From NCBI RefSeq assembly GCF_009914755.1, contig NC_060942.1: 64,000 nt of DNA; one strand, written 5' to 3'. This stretch comes from the human T2T-CHM13v2.0 reference genome, Homo sapiens. The notes under the pieces are model-generated. The model was not told the DNA's origin and did not search any database. It saw only the letters and a list, made by a program, of their open reading frames with translations. This document shows positions 35,620 to 55,287 of this stretch, one piece after another; the first letter of the stretch is position 1; each line of letters starts with the position of its first letter. A program made the position numbers and the translations under genes.

Positions 35620-36486
35620 GTGAGTATATGCTGTTTTTTGGTGAAAACAAGATCCAGTGAAAATAAGATCAGTTTCTGAAGGTTTGTTTGCATTAGACAA
35701 GACTCTTGGTTGCAGGTGACAGAAACCTAGCTTGAAATGATGTAAGCAAAAAGAAAATGTACTCATTAGCTATGTGAAAAGTCTAAGTGGGTACCTAGGG
35801 TGAGGCGGGGCTGAGTTCAGGTCCCCAAATGTGTTGTGAGAGGAGCCCATCTCTCTTATTTCTGTTTCTTTCCATTTAGTGCAGTTGTGGTTGCACTCTC
35901 GATTTGGTTCATTTTTAGGCAGACTCACCCTCCCTCCTTACCTCAAGGGTGGTAACGATGGCCCCAAAAGCATCTCTACACCTACCTTCAGCCTTTTTAG
36001 CAACTACTGGGTGAGCATGCACCTCTTCTGCAAGTGGGAACATACATCTTAGTGCCTCTGAGTTCTCACTGGCCTGCCTTAGGCCCCATGCCCACTCCTG
36101 AACTTCAGGTGGTACCTTGTTCTTGGGGGTTTGGTGCCCCTACTGGTGGGATCTGGCAGTACACTGACCCCTAGAGGCAAGGGCCGGTGTCAGCCCCACC
36201 TGAACCATGTTGGTTCAGGAAGTCAGGTAGGCTTAGCGCCCCAAGGAAAATCTGAGGTCTCTTACTGGAAAAGTGGGTAAATGGATGCTGGGTTATCAAA
36301 ACAGTGGATGACTTCTCTTTTACTCCTAATTCTCTTTATTTGCTGAAAATACTTATGGAGAAGACTATATATTTTAGAAGGTCATGCCTTTAGATTCAAA
36401 AAAGGGAAATGACGAATACTAGCACAGTGTCTATTGCTGGATACTTGCATAATAACTAGAGCGTATATTATAAAAGTTGCTGTGTC

Positions 36487-37240
<754 letters not shown>

Positions 37241-37324
37241 TCATTTTCTTGCCCTACTCCACTCACTTCCTGCTTCATTTTTCTCCACAGTTATTATCAT
37301 CTTCCAATATATTATTTAATTCAC

Positions 37325-37579
<255 letters not shown>

Positions 37580-37744
37580 TAATTCAATTATTGATCTGTT
37601 TATTGTCTTTCTAAAAGGAAGAATCCAGGATTCAGGATAATCTATAATTTTCATTATCATCTCCTAACTAATCAAGTGGTAATTTATATAATTTTCATTT
37701 TACCTAAATTCCCTTTTAAAACAAAAGTTCCCATATTTGTAGAT

Positions 37745-39790
<2,046 letters not shown>

Positions 39791-40799
39791 AAAAGAAGCA
39801 TGCTAAAATATAGCTAAAATATGCACCTAATCTTAATCTAAAATTGTAGATGTGGAATTGCTAGTTCAGAGTCTCTGATACATACTGTAAAATCCACCTG
39901 TTATTTGGACCCAGTGTTTCACTGTTATGTACTTTCACTTTTACCCAAATTAAGTATTATATTAAAATGAGAAAGAAAAAATAATCCTTTAAAAATATAT
40001 ATTTGCTTTCTAATGACTTTAAACTTCTTTCGTATTTTTTAGCCATTTCATTTCTGATCTTAATAATTGAATGATTATAGCTTTACCCACTTTTTTCTTG
40101 AGTAATTTGTAAGAATCTCTTAACATTAAATTATACATAATGTCTCCATTTGTTATTTATATTTTAATTTCTATTTTAGGTTTCTAATGGTCAAACTTGT
40201 TTTTTAGGGTTAAATCAATAATCCTGTCTTTTATGAATTCTGCTTTAGAATACATGCTTTAAAAGACCTTCAGAATGCTAAAGTAAATATTAATTAAAGT
40301 TATATTAAATATTTAAATAAAACACATTTTCTTAAAAATACATTTTAAACAGTTTTAAGAAATAAATTAGGATGAATATTCTGGCCTACAAATGCTAACC
40401 TCATTAGAAAGTCTTCTATTTTTCTGCTAAATTGAGAACACAGACTTCTGTGCACGGGAAGCAGCTGCCTGGGGCACCTCTTTAACTCCATCAGCTGTGC
40501 CTGCCTAGTCCTCAAATGAGGTGACCCATTCAAGGAAAAATGTCTACTTAGAGACCTCACTTCTTGATATACGTGTGTGTTACTTGTAGTTGATCTGCTG
40601 GTTTTTTGTTTGTATTGTTATGTAAACTTAAACAGAGAGAGTTTCTTGATTCTCTTTTTACCTCTGGCTATGAAATAGTTGCTTTTGCAGCTGCCTTTAA
40701 TGAACACAATAAGTCAATTTTGCGAATCGCTGGCTTAATGTCAGCGATGCTTCTGCTTCTCCTGCTGGTGGACGTTCCCTGATGACTTGCTGTGTTCCA

Positions 40800-40990
40800 T
40801 GTACTGTTCTGAGTGCCTGTGTGTACTGATGCATTCAGCCCTCCTCGCAAAAGCACTTTGAGGTTGAAACTGTCGTTATTCCCATTTGCAGGTGAGGTCA
40901 CTGAGACAGAGACATTAAGTAACTTGCACAATGTCGCAGAGCTAATAAGGTGTAAAGCTGAAAATTGAATCCAGCAGTCTGGGTCCTGAG
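40800..40990. mobile_element. MIR SINE
   Basis: MIR core attcccatttgcaggtgaggtcactgagacagagacattaagtaacttgcacaatgtcgcagagct. Confidence 0.7.
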
Positions 40991-41984
40991 CTTTGTAGTT
41001 TTATTTTGATTGAAAAATCACACAAAAAACCATACGGTTGAAAGTAAAACTATCCAAACTCCCACTACCCAGATATTTCCACTATGGATATTAGATGATC
41101 GTTCTTCAGATATCTCTACGTGATTGATAATTTTATATCAATGGGATTGTGATTCTTTATAACCTGCTGTTTTCATTTGATATTACAGTGTCACAAAGGA
41201 AAGATTTCTGTGTGATCAAAACAGAATGTTTAACACTTACCTCTAACAGGCTATTCAAGGAATAGTCTTTTGATGAAACTTGAAATCTGCGAAAATGACT
41301 ATTGTAGTTTGTAGTTTGTTCCACTTACCATCGCAAAGAAAAATACCAGTGGGAAGTTTTCAGATGACCATATTTCTAATTATTGTGATTGCTTTTCCTA
41401 AAATTTGACTTTTAGAGGTTGTAGACATCTGACTCCATTGATACATCCATAATTTTAAAGAAATCACTAGCATTATACATGCAAGGCATGACTCCACAGT
41501 AGGGATATTCTTTCTTTATACTTCGAGGAAGACGGATTTAGTTTGGGATAACGATTTCAAAGTGAACATTTTTAGAGTCTAGATTTGTGGAGAGTGTGTG
41601 ACTGATATCCATGTGGCTATGTGGTCACCTGATCTCCCCAGCCCTCGACGGCCTGATTTCATTATCCTTGGGCTGTCCTTGTCTGGTGTCCCCTGGTGGA
41701 GTCTTGCATCTCTCCAGTAATGGCAATTTTTCAATTGTTTTGGCAGCTTGTTGCTGGCTTTAATTGTGCTTGTAATGATGTTGCCTAATGTTTGAGCTAA
41801 AAATAAATTCCCTGCTGTTGCTTGTGCCTATTGCTATTTGTTCTGTCTCATTAATTATTGGAGTCCCGTGAATTTTATTACCCCTCTTTATCATCATAGA
41901 AATGTTATTGTTCTTTTAGTTTTCATAATTTTAAACAAACAATCACTTTGGGTTTATGATTTGACAATATAAAGACAGATTTCT

Positions 41985-42601
<617 letters not shown>

Positions 42602-42874
42602 AAAGACATGGATTTCTGTGTCCTTAAAGGAAGAAAGCTCCGCTCAGTGCTTTGCTTGTGTTCATGATTCAATATTTATTTATTTGTGGAATGATTGCAC
42701 CAAGTTCTGCCTAACATACACAGCATTCTGGTTAATGTCCTACTTACTGCCCAGTAATAATTCTATCTTATATTTGTGGTACAAATTTGTACTCTTGGAA
42801 AATTATTTTTTCTTCTCCTGAGCACAGGAATCTCAAAGGATCCTCCTCCTCTTTATATAAGAGAGTATTCATTC

Positions 42875-43131
<257 letters not shown>

Positions 43132-44169
43132 TGATATGGTAATTCATAGGGTGCATCTATTAACAAAAATGTTTTTTGAAAAATTTAACCATTTCCCAGT
43201 TGAATCCCATTTGTTGGAAGCTTGACATTAGTAAGATTTGTGCATGGTGTGTTGTACCACCAAGGACTATGAAGAGGGGAAGAGTGCCATTGGGCTCCCT
43301 CTGTTGTACCATCAGTGTGGCCTTTGGGAAGTTTTTATCCTGTCCTCTTGGAATGGGTTATTGTGCTGGTTTCTGCTTCACACCAAGCTGTGAACAGTAC
43401 AGAGTAGCAGGTCAGCAGGCACCTTTGCAAGGATGTACACAGGAGCCATGCCTAGAGCGGTCCATAGCCGACAGAAGGTAATTTACCTGCCCAGCTCCCT
43501 GCGGGAGCCTAGAGTCAACACATAGAGTGGCTTTTAGCGAGAGGAGCTGAAAAGCAACATTGTCATAAATAAGGCATGCGTTCATGAAGAGGTGAAGAGC
43601 TGGGGATAATACTTTCATCTGCCAGCGGCCCCTCCTGGGTTCTCTTGCTCTATATACCATGGAGGACCAACTTCTTCCAACCTGAAACTTTCTTCAGCCA
43701 TCTCCCTTCCATTTTTTTCCACCGTGCTATACTTTTACACAGTTCATGACGTTCCAACACAAATTTCCCATTAAAAAACCTGAAGCTGTAGAGCTAATGT
43801 TTGACTTTCCATGGCTCTGAAGATATATTTATTCCTTCCTCTTGGCTCAGACGGCCCCTCCCCATGTTGGAAAATGGTTTCTAAAAAGAGCCCAGTGAAG
43901 CGGCAGTGGTGGAATTCTCTGTACTTTTTCCTTGGCAGGGAGTTCTTTCCCTGACCCCCTTCTTACCTGTTCTAGACCCACTCAAGCTTCTGTCTCTGAG
44001 CTTTCTGTCCTCATTCTCTGTTGGCCTTGGAAGCAGATGAGCCAACTTTCATCTTTTCTGGATAACCCACTCTGGAGCTTTAGCAGTTAGAAATCACATT
44101 CACTGAAAATTGCTTTTGTCCACATTTGTTTCTGTGTTGACTATCAGTATGTGGAGTATGACCAGCCCC

Positions 44170-45650
<1,481 letters not shown>

Positions 45651-45776
45651 GTTACCTGCTCCTTAAACCTGTAAATTATCAATGATAAGCAAGTTGCCAG
45701 CTGTCTTTCAACTCTTTGGAATTTACATGTAGGTTAGAAATGCTGACCTCAGAGAAAAAATTTTGAATAAAGAGTT

Positions 45777-45938
45777 AGGTCAGGCACAGTGAATCATACC
45801 TTTAATCCCAGTACTTTGGGAGGCCAAGGTGGAAGGATAGCTTGAGCCCAGGAGTTCAAGATAAGCCTGGGCAACATAGTGAGACCCTGTCTCTACAAAA
45901 AATAAGAAACTACCTGGGTGTGGTGGTGCATGCCTATA
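45777..45938 (+). mobile_element. 3'-truncated Alu
   Basis: Left arm plus about 25 nt of the right arm; no tail. Confidence 0.8.
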
Positions 45939-46599
45939 AGAGGGATCCACACTGACATCCTCCAGGAGCCCACGGTTTAATGCATGCAGTCAGGAGATCT
46001 GGCCACCCCAGGCTGTTCAGCCATACCGCTTGTTCACCTCCTTCAGATTAATTTTGCAAGTGACTGCCAGTCTGCATGGTTTGAAAGATTAGGTGTTTGG
46101 AGATCATGTGCCCAGAGGGCTGGGATGCACTGGCACAAAGCTGTGCGGAATCGCTGGGTCTGAATGGGTCCTTGAGAAAGCAAAGGAACTGGAGGCAGCA
46201 GATAGCTGAGGTCAAATTCAGGCTTTACAGACATCCAAAGAAACTCTTTTGCTGTCTTTCCTGCTTTCTTCAGGGCCCCAACATCTATGGTCAAAAAAGT
46301 GGTTCACTATTCATAGGCCATTAGTAAAGTCAGAGGAAATTTTGACCTTTGGAAGTTCTTGAAGAATGGAGCCTCTTACAAGCTCAGAATGAGCAGCTCC
46401 TTTCTTTCTCCTGCAGGCATTGGAAATACAGTCCCAGCTGGCAACACCAGCCAGCAGCACAGCCCGGAATCCTGCTCCTGACCTGCACCATCCCCACCAG
46501 CCCACGATAGAACGTTTTTGTAGGCATTCCTCCTCATGGGAGAGGATAGAGTACATGCGAGTTTTTGCTCTCCTCCCACCCTTTCACAAGAGCACTGTG

Positions 46600-46843
46600 C
46601 TTTCTTTTCTTCTCTTTTTCCTTTCTTTTTTTTTTTTTTAGGCAGGGTCTTGCTGTGTCACCCAGGCTGGAATGCAGTGGTGCAATCATAGCTCACTGCA
46701 GCCTTGACCTCCTGGACTCAAGCAATCCTCCTGCCTTAACCTCCCGAGTAGCTGGGACTATAGGCACCAGCCACTATGCCTGGCTAATATTTTTTGTTTG
46801 TTTTTTGTTCAGAGACAAGGTCTCACTATACTGTCCAGGCTGG
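46600..46843 (-). mobile_element. 5'-truncated Alu (AluJ-like)
   Basis: Antisense; TSD actgtgctttct. Confidence 0.85.
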
Positions 46844-48269
46844 GATGACTGTGCTTTCTACCAATGCAAACTGAGATCCCGGCAAGGGAAATATTCCCTT
46901 CCTCCATGCCCCTAGTAACTCTCTTGAAAGAGAAAACTGAGTGATGATTGTGTGGGGAGGAGGCAGGCCTGGAGCTTGAAGATAGGGTTTATGCTGTTGA
47001 AGTGAGATAAACAGCTGTGGTGAGGGCCATGCCTGCTGAGCTCCTTTAAGGAGAAGCCCCAGGAATCCTTCATTAAGCACTTTACAGCTGAAGAGTTTCA
47101 TTGATATTTGAAAATTGGTGCTGGAAACTACAAAAGCAAAGTGTGAGCAGAGGTATTGGAGAGGGGCATGAGGGGACCCTGACGGCAGCTGTGCAGGTGG
47201 AGCAGGGACTGCCTCGGTCCACAGACGTGGCCCCCAGAACTGTCGTGCCATTTGCGGGGGTTGTGTCCTGTAAGAAAATAGGAATCTAGGTGCAGAACAG
47301 CCCTCCTGGGTGTCAGAATGCCAGCGACAGGAGAGAAGGAGGAAGGACATGTTCATATACGAAGATACCTTTCGGGAGTTCTTAGGGAAACACTGTAAAC
47401 AGCTCTGCCCTGAGCCCGGGAGGTGGCCATGCTGGCAGTGAGGGATGTGGCCTGGGCCGTGGGAACACAGAGGCGGCCAGAGGGGAAAGCCTCAGAGCTG
47501 CGTGGACAGGCTTCTTCTGCTTACACACGGGCTTCTGCCCTGCTCTTGCCCCTCGGGGGTTCTTTTGTCACTGGAGACCCTGCTGTTGCCCTTTGCTCTC
47601 CAGTGCGTGTCCCCTTCTTCCATATGCCCCCTCCTTGGTGGGGACAGGCTGCTCTGGGAGGTACAGTGACTGCGCTAGATGAACACCTTCCCAGGTCAGG
47701 CAATGACATTTTGCTGATGTGTGTTTTAGTCTGGGATGCCCTGAGTAGCTTCTAATTATGAGGCACTGTCTGTGCCTCTTGGGTGGAGGCCAAGTTTCCA
47801 TTCTGCCAACTCTCAGAGGACGTGGGGCCAAAACACAGAGCCGCTGAGACAGGAGTTTCAGGGGGTCTGGAGGTGGATTTGCCGAGAATCTAAGAAGCAC
47901 TTCAACTAGTTTTGTTTCCTCTCCTCCCTTCCACTCCCTTTCCCTTCTGTCCTCTTCTTTTCTTTTATGGAGCTAATTTCCTACGTCTGGCTAAAATACA
48001 GTAGAAAAGCCCTATAAAGCCTATGAGTGTCACTCTTGAATAGGAAATTAGCAAATAGACTTTGTTTGGTAACAGAAGAACCTGTTCCTGAGGCGCTGAC
48101 AGCCTGTCCTAACAGAGGCAGCTGGGCTGCAGTGAGCACGGACCTGCGGTAGGAAGACCTCTGCATCCAGAGTGGCCCGGTGGAAGGTGCCAGACTCCCC
48201 CTCACTCCAAAAAAAGAGGAGGCTTTTTGAGGGCAGGGACCTTGTTACCTTCTTCACTTTCTCTTTTTG

Positions 48270-49050
48270 TTTCCAGTTGTTGCTGTAACAGATTGCCACA
48301 CGCTCAGTGGCTTAAAACAACACAGATAGACTCCCTTAGAGCTATGAAGGTCAGAAGTCAGAAATGGGTCTCAGGCCTGTGGTCCCAGATACTTGGAGGC
48401 TGAAATGGGAGGATCACTTGAGCCCAGGAGTTCAAGACCAGCCTGGGCAACATAATGAGACTCCCATCTCTACAAAAAGTTTTTAAAAAATTAGCCAGGT
48501 GTGGTGACATGCAGCTGTAGTCCCAGCTACTCAGGAGACCGAGACAGGAGGACCACTTGAGCCCAGGAGGTTGAGGCTGCAGTGAGCCGAGATTGCACCA
48601 CTGCACTCCAGCCTGGGCAACAGAATGAGACCTTGTCTCAAAACAAAAACAAAAACATAAAAAGATTAAAAAAAAAAAAAAGAAATAGGTATCACTGGAA
48701 TAAGATTAAAATATCTGCAGACCTTAATCCTTCCTGGAGGTACAAGGGCAGAATCTTGTTTCCTTGCCTTTTTCAGAGACCACTCGCATTCCTTGGCTTG
48801 TAGCCCCTTCCTTTGTCTTCAGAGCCAGCAGAGTAGCATTTTAAATCTCTCTCCCACTCCCCTGCCTCTCTCTTTCACTGTTGAGGAGCCTTGTGAGGAC
48901 ACTGGGCCCACCCAAGGAATGCAAGATAATGTCCTCATATGAAGGTCAGCTGATGAGCCCTATTCCACCTCCCATGTAACCTAACATAGTCACAGGTGAT
49001 GGGGATTAGGACATGGACCTCTTTGGGGGACACTATTCTGCCCACCACAC
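48270..49050. mobile_element. MLT1C-like MaLR LTR interrupted by an Alu fragment (about 48368-48680)
   Basis: gctgtaaca...cagtggcttaaaacaacac...ggggattaggacatggacctctttggggg...tattctgcccaccaca. Confidence 0.72.
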
Positions 49051-49276
49051 TCCAGTTTCTCTGCTGCTCAGAACAGTGCCTGCCACATACTGAGCGTTCA
49101 AACAGTGAGATACTGTTTGTTGAATGAATGAATACATTTGATGTAAACCTGTGTCTTAATTATATCAACTGAAGCAACGTTTCATTTCAGAGAAGCAACA
49201 CAGGAATGGAAAATGCATGGAATTTGGAGTCAAGACCTGTGTTCAAAGTCTTTTCCACCATTTAAGAGCTGTGTGT

Positions 49277-49602
<326 letters not shown>

Positions 49603-51074
49603 TTAACCATGCTGAGCCTCAGTTTTCTCATCTGAATAACAGGAACAACTCTGTCTTCTCTCCCTGGTTTCACAGGGTTATTGACTTTTATTACATGCAT
49701 TCAGTCATTAAATATTTGTCGAGTCCTTGCTATGGTCCAGATAGGGATTCAGGGAAGGGTTCTCAGGGAGGGTGGCAGTTGATTAAAGGTGTGACAGAAG
49801 TGAGGGAGGGGCCTTGAGGATGCTGGTGGAGGAGGGTCCAGGCTGCTAGAAGGCGTCAGGGAAGGTGCGGAGGCTCGGTGGGCCTGCCTCTGTGTTTAGG
49901 GAGCAGCGAGAAGGCCGGGGCTGGAGACAAGCAGGGGAGGGGCCCAAGAAGGGACCAGGGCGGGCCCAAGAAGGGACCAGGTCCCACCCAAGATGCCACA
50001 GAATGGAGCTTGGCTTTTATACTAAGTTTGAAGGATTCTGAACAGGGAAGTGAAACAATTGGATTTATATAGGAAGAAATCAATCACTCTGATGTTCAGT
50101 TAACATAAGATGATGTCAAGTATTTGCTTCAAAAGACTCCAGGGGGTAGGAATGGAGCGGGAGGTGAGACGAGGTAGAAAGGAAGCCAGTGGTCCATGTG
50201 TTAGTGGTGATCTTGAAGTCAGGGGATGAGAAGATGGAAGTCCATTATTCTAGTCTCTCTTCTTGTGGATATGCTTGAAAATTTCCACAGTGAAAGTTAA
50301 AAATAAATACATTCTGTGGTCAGTGTAAATAAATATCATAATCCAGCACTTCAAAACAGGATCTCTCTGGTGGCTGTGTGGCCAGTTTGGAGCTCACTGG
50401 ATATCTGAAGGCTCTTGTGGAAACTTTGGACGTCCAGTCAAGGCAAGACGAACTTTGCTCGGACAGGAGGGAGGTGCGGCTGCGTGAGAGCTGGGGCTGG
50501 GTCTGAAGGCCGTGCTGGCTAGCCTGGGTTGGCACACAGCAAAGTGCAGAGTCTAGGGCTCTAGGCACATGGGGGTAAATGACACCGTATGTTTTTGAGT
50601 GCATCTGGTGTGATGGGGCATGTTCGGAGGCCTCCTCAGGGCTGTGCAGCGAAGATACTGTCCCACACAGTGGGCTCTTGTCTTGAACATGGTACGCTTA
50701 CTGTGACCTTGAGGCTAAGGATGGGAGAGACCAAACCAGCCTGGGCAGAGCGGAGAGAGGGCAAGATGAGACTAACTTTCTGTGATCGTCATGGCCATCC
50801 TGGCTTTCCCCGCAAATGCATATCACGGTGGCTGTGTATGATGCGAATAGACATACCTAGGAGTGGGGTGGGGCATAGTTCTGGAGTTTTAGGAAATTCC
50901 ACTTGTTTGCCAACATGCAGGTACATGAGCTGACGTTCACTGCCCTTGGACGATTTCATGGGTGGGAAAAAATGCATTTCTACAGCATCTTAAATCATTG
51001 ATTTATTTTTTATACATTATTCTAGGGATTGGAATATTCCAGTTCATTACATTGTCTTTTAAAAAAACACTAAT

Positions 51075-51377
51075 CCAGCGGGGTGCAGTGGCTCATGCCT
51101 TTAATTCCAGCACTTTGGGAGGCCAAGGCAAAAAGATCACTTGAGCCTCGGAGTTTCAAACCAGCCTGGGCAACATAGCGTGAACTTGTCTCTATAAAAA
51201 CTTAAAAAAAAAATTAACCGGATATGGTGGCACACACCTGTAGTCCCAGGTACCTGGGAGGCTGAGATGAGAGGATTACTTGAGCCCAGGAGGTTGAGGC
51301 TGCAGTGAGCCGTGGTGGCACCACTGTACTCCATCCTGGACGACAGAGCGAGACCCTGTCCCAGTCAATCAATAAAA
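51075..51377 (+). mobile_element. Alu (AluJ-like)
   Basis: Sense dimer. Confidence 0.88.
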
Positions 51378-52424
51378 GTAATCCATGCCTTCCTCCCAAC
51401 ATCGTTTTTGTGGAAAGATGTTTGGATTTGTGTTGTGTCATTTTCTGCTAAATGAGGCTTGCAGCACATTTGTCAGAAAGGAGTCAGGTGCTCATCAGGT
51501 CTCTTCTAAAACCCAGCTTCCTCCTGGTACTGTTGCTTCAACCCTTGGATCCCTGAATGCTGAGAAAGCTTTTTGGCTCTAACAACACATTCAAAGAAAA
51601 ATGAAAGAAAGGGAAAAAAAGAAAAAGACACCCCCTGTCATTGCAGAAGTAATGTATTATGATATAATAGAAAGGTTTTTTGAATAATTCAGAAACAGCA
51701 AAGCAAGTGGTGGTTTGTCTGTACTGCCGTTATTCAGAGAGAACATCTTAACAGTTCGATGTATTGTCTCCCAGTCCCGTTTCATTCAACTCTGCATACA
51801 CTCGGGTTTTAGGACATCTGAGTAGGCATATTAACTAGGCCTCTGCTTTTCTGTGGAGAGAGAGGGTCTATGTAAAAGTCGGAAGCATTCTTCTGAATGG
51901 CACAGAAAGAACATTCAGTAATGTGTTTTTCCATTCAACTTTTGCCAGCTGAGAATGTTGAGAATTTCAGGAATTTTCTTCTACCCCTTCTCTCTTTGTT
52001 TGAATCCCAGTGGACCTTGGGCTCTTTTTGGCATCTGCCCTTGACGCTCCCTTATGGTGGCCTTGCACCTGACCTGCCACAGAGCAGCATAGGCGCCCAG
52101 GCCGAGCCTGAGCGACTCAACAGGGACAGAGCGTCCTCTGGAAATCATAATACAAAGCCCATCACTCCGAGTTCCTGGACCTGATGCCAGAGCATTCTGG
52201 CTTGGATAATTCTCATCTGGGAGGCAGAGCCCAGCTGGAGCTGTGCTTGTTGGGAAACTTCATGTATTTTCCACCACTGCTCATTCCCAACTTGCAGGAT
52301 TTTGCTGCTGTAGAATTTACGATGCCACAAACCTGCATTTAAGGAATGTTGCCTGAGGCAGAGTAGGTGTTCTAAAGGATTAGGAGATTTCCTGGAATAA
52401 GACTTTCCACTGTGCTGCTGAGGG

Positions 52425-52455
52425 GTGTGTGTGTGTGTGTGTGCGCGCACGCGTG
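52425..52455. repeat. (GT)n-(GC)n alternating purine-pyrimidine tract
   Basis: 31 consecutive alternating purine/pyrimidine bases. Confidence 0.85.
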
Positions 52456-55287
52456 GGTGTGCGAGCACATAAGGCAGTACAGGATGGGAAAACAAGTGTA
52501 GTGCACACTACACGGAAGGCGAGAGCCTCCATCCTGAGCCTGTTTTTACCTTGGCCGTGAGCTCTGGAGGGTTGTCACAGAGCTGGAAAAACCTCAGCTT
52601 TGTGTCTGACCCCACCCACTGCACCAGTTTCACAAAATAAGAAAAGTAGGATAGAGCCAAGCCAAGCCTCAGGACTCTCTTTGAGTCCAGTTCTCTTCAC
52701 TTCCCCAAAGGTGATTCTTGATCACGCGAGGTCCCTAGATGTTAATAAATACTACTTGAAAAAAAGATTTTAAAAATGAATGGGAATTCTGAACTAAAAC
52801 CAAAATAAATAGGTTTCTTTACTGTAGAAAATTTTCAGAGCCTTTAATGCACTAATTATGCTTTGTAAACCTCCAGGGAAGCATGTGGTGTTTCTCAAAC
52901 TTATTTGGCCAGGAAACCTTTTTTCCTGGCCACCTCCACGTGGCCTGGTGTTCTGCAGAAGACCCTCAGGAAAATACCACACTAGGCTGTCTTGCCTCAT
53001 GTGCCATTTAATATTTTACAAACACCTAAGTCTAATTGCTGCTGGATATTCCATCATATGGCTAAGCCAAAATTTATGTGTCCATTCTTTAATTGTTAGA
53101 CATTGAGATTGCTTACAGTTTTTCAGCATCATTGATAATTCTCAAAGGAATTCTGGTTACTTTGTAACCATCTCTGATTATTCCCTTAAGAGGTGGAATT
53201 GTCAAATCAAAGTATCTGAACATTTGCAAGATTCTTGAAACACATTGTCCAGCTGCTTTCCAGAAAGGTCATGCTCGTTTATTTTCTACCAGCTGCGGGC
53301 AGGGTTAATGTCCATCTGCGAAAGCTGAGCAGCCGGAGAAGCTCCAAGAGCCTGAAGAAGGCCGTTCCCGTCTCCCCTGCCACAGGGACCTCCAGCAATT
53401 AGAAAACAAATAATCACACACACTAAGGACATAAACAGCTATTTCTTTTGAGGAGACACACTGGGTTTTCACAGTTCCCTGTGCCGTTTCTAAATAATTG
53501 AATGACATCTGAAAAATTTCTCAACATTTTAATTTGGTCTTCTAGATGTTTTGCTGGGTAGTCAGGGAAGAAGGGATTTTGAATTGGCATCTGTTGTGCT
53601 AATTTTCAAATAACCTTTCAAGGTAAGATGTAAAAATAAAGCTTTATCAGCCTCTTGTGACTGTGAACTTTATTTCCAGAAGAATCTTTTTATGTGAGCA
53701 TTCCATCAGTCTTATTTCTGACCCCACAGGAATTGAATTATGTCATGTTGAGGACTGAGGCTGATTGTGGTGCTTTTGCTTTCTATTTGTAAGGGGGAAA
53801 AGCATAAACATTGTAGACTAGAAGTGATTTATCTTTTTGTCCTCCACCAAGATCACCCTTTGGTCAATGCATTATTGGGTTTTGGAACTGAGACGTGAAC
53901 TTCTAACTCATTAAAACCCTCAAGTCCCCAGCAATAAAGTCATTTAAGTGGCTTCACCAACAGAGATTTATTTCAAAGCGATTCCATTTGGAGGAAGGAA
54001 AGAATGAGTAATGCATTATATACCAAGATCGCTTCAATAATTCATGAGACCTCCATGCCAGTGACCGTTTTAGATTCAGTTCATGGTGTTTTAGCCTAAA
54101 GTGAACTCTCTCTGTCTTAGAAGACACCCGCAGTTTGCTCCTCTTTGAGCTTGAGTCCATGAATATCTTTACTTTTGGGAAATAAAGTTTGTATTGACTG
54201 CTACTTTGTGCGTTTACATGAACCACTCTTATATGGAGGCTATTTTGAAAAAAATGGGCATTTTGTATAATTGGGGTAAAAGGATACTTAATCTGCGGTC
54301 CTTACCCTTTGAAAAGTAGGAATGTTTAAAAAAAATTATTGCTTTTTCCTTCCTTTGGGCAGGAATTCTGATTTTGTTTTTTAAGTGTAAGGAGTAGATT
54401 GCCAAATGGTGGGTTAAAAATAGATTTATGGATGCCTAATAATTATGCCAAACACAGTGTTGGGCCGTCAGTGAGTACGGAAAGGCATGCATGGCAAATG
54501 TCGCTGTCCCCAAGTGCGTTCTGGAATGGGGGCAGTGGGTGGCGCCGGCCCTTCAGCATCTTCGGCCACCGCACAGTTCAGCTGTGAACTCCTTGGTTCA
54601 CCCTGAGCTTCGTCCAACCTTCTCCCTTTTCTGAAACCCGCAGAGGCTCCAGAGTCCTTTCTCTTCAGGATGGAGACCTGCATGGAGGGACTGGAGGCAG
54701 GGAGGGTGGCCCACTTCCTTTCCACACTATTGTGAGTGCCTCACCAGCATTCCTCAGTGCAGTAACAGGGAAACCTGGGGACTCAGATTTCCAAATACCA
54801 TCATTTCAGTTTGGCAAGTATTGATCCAATGATGAGTATCGTGGGAAAGAAAATAATAAGTTAGGGTTTTGTCGCTTGCCAGAAAAGCTTCAGGATCCAC
54901 TTCTCCTTCCTCCCTGCTCTCTCCCCACTGCCCAATAAAAACAGCTGCTTTGTTCAAAACTTAAAAACCATATTATTTAAAACTCATTGTAAAAATTTAT
55001 GCTATACAGATGCTTGTAAGGAAAATGTAAAAATCGCTGGAAATCCCACCTGTTAAGATTTAGAGGAACCTCGTGTTATTCCTGCTCACAGAGACATACT
55101 CCCACATACATTTTACCCTACATTATATTATCATATAATGATAAATTAACCACATAATAAATGATAAATTATATGCTATATGTGCTGTTTTGAGACTATT
55201 TCTCATCTAACAGTATGTCAAAGATCTCTTTTCCTATAAATAAAAATCATCATTTTAATGGCTATAGAATATCATTACATACATATA

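Noticed and set aside
40875-40897. Recursive-splice-like AG|GTGAG site (a similar AG|GTAGG lies at 56581)
   Set aside because: Derived from a MIR core or has a weak pyrimidine tract; the 22-kb intron is modest and nothing else supports use.
49940-49981. Two copies of gggcccaagaagggaccagg, 22 bp apart
   Set aside because: Simple local duplication within decayed L2-like sequence.
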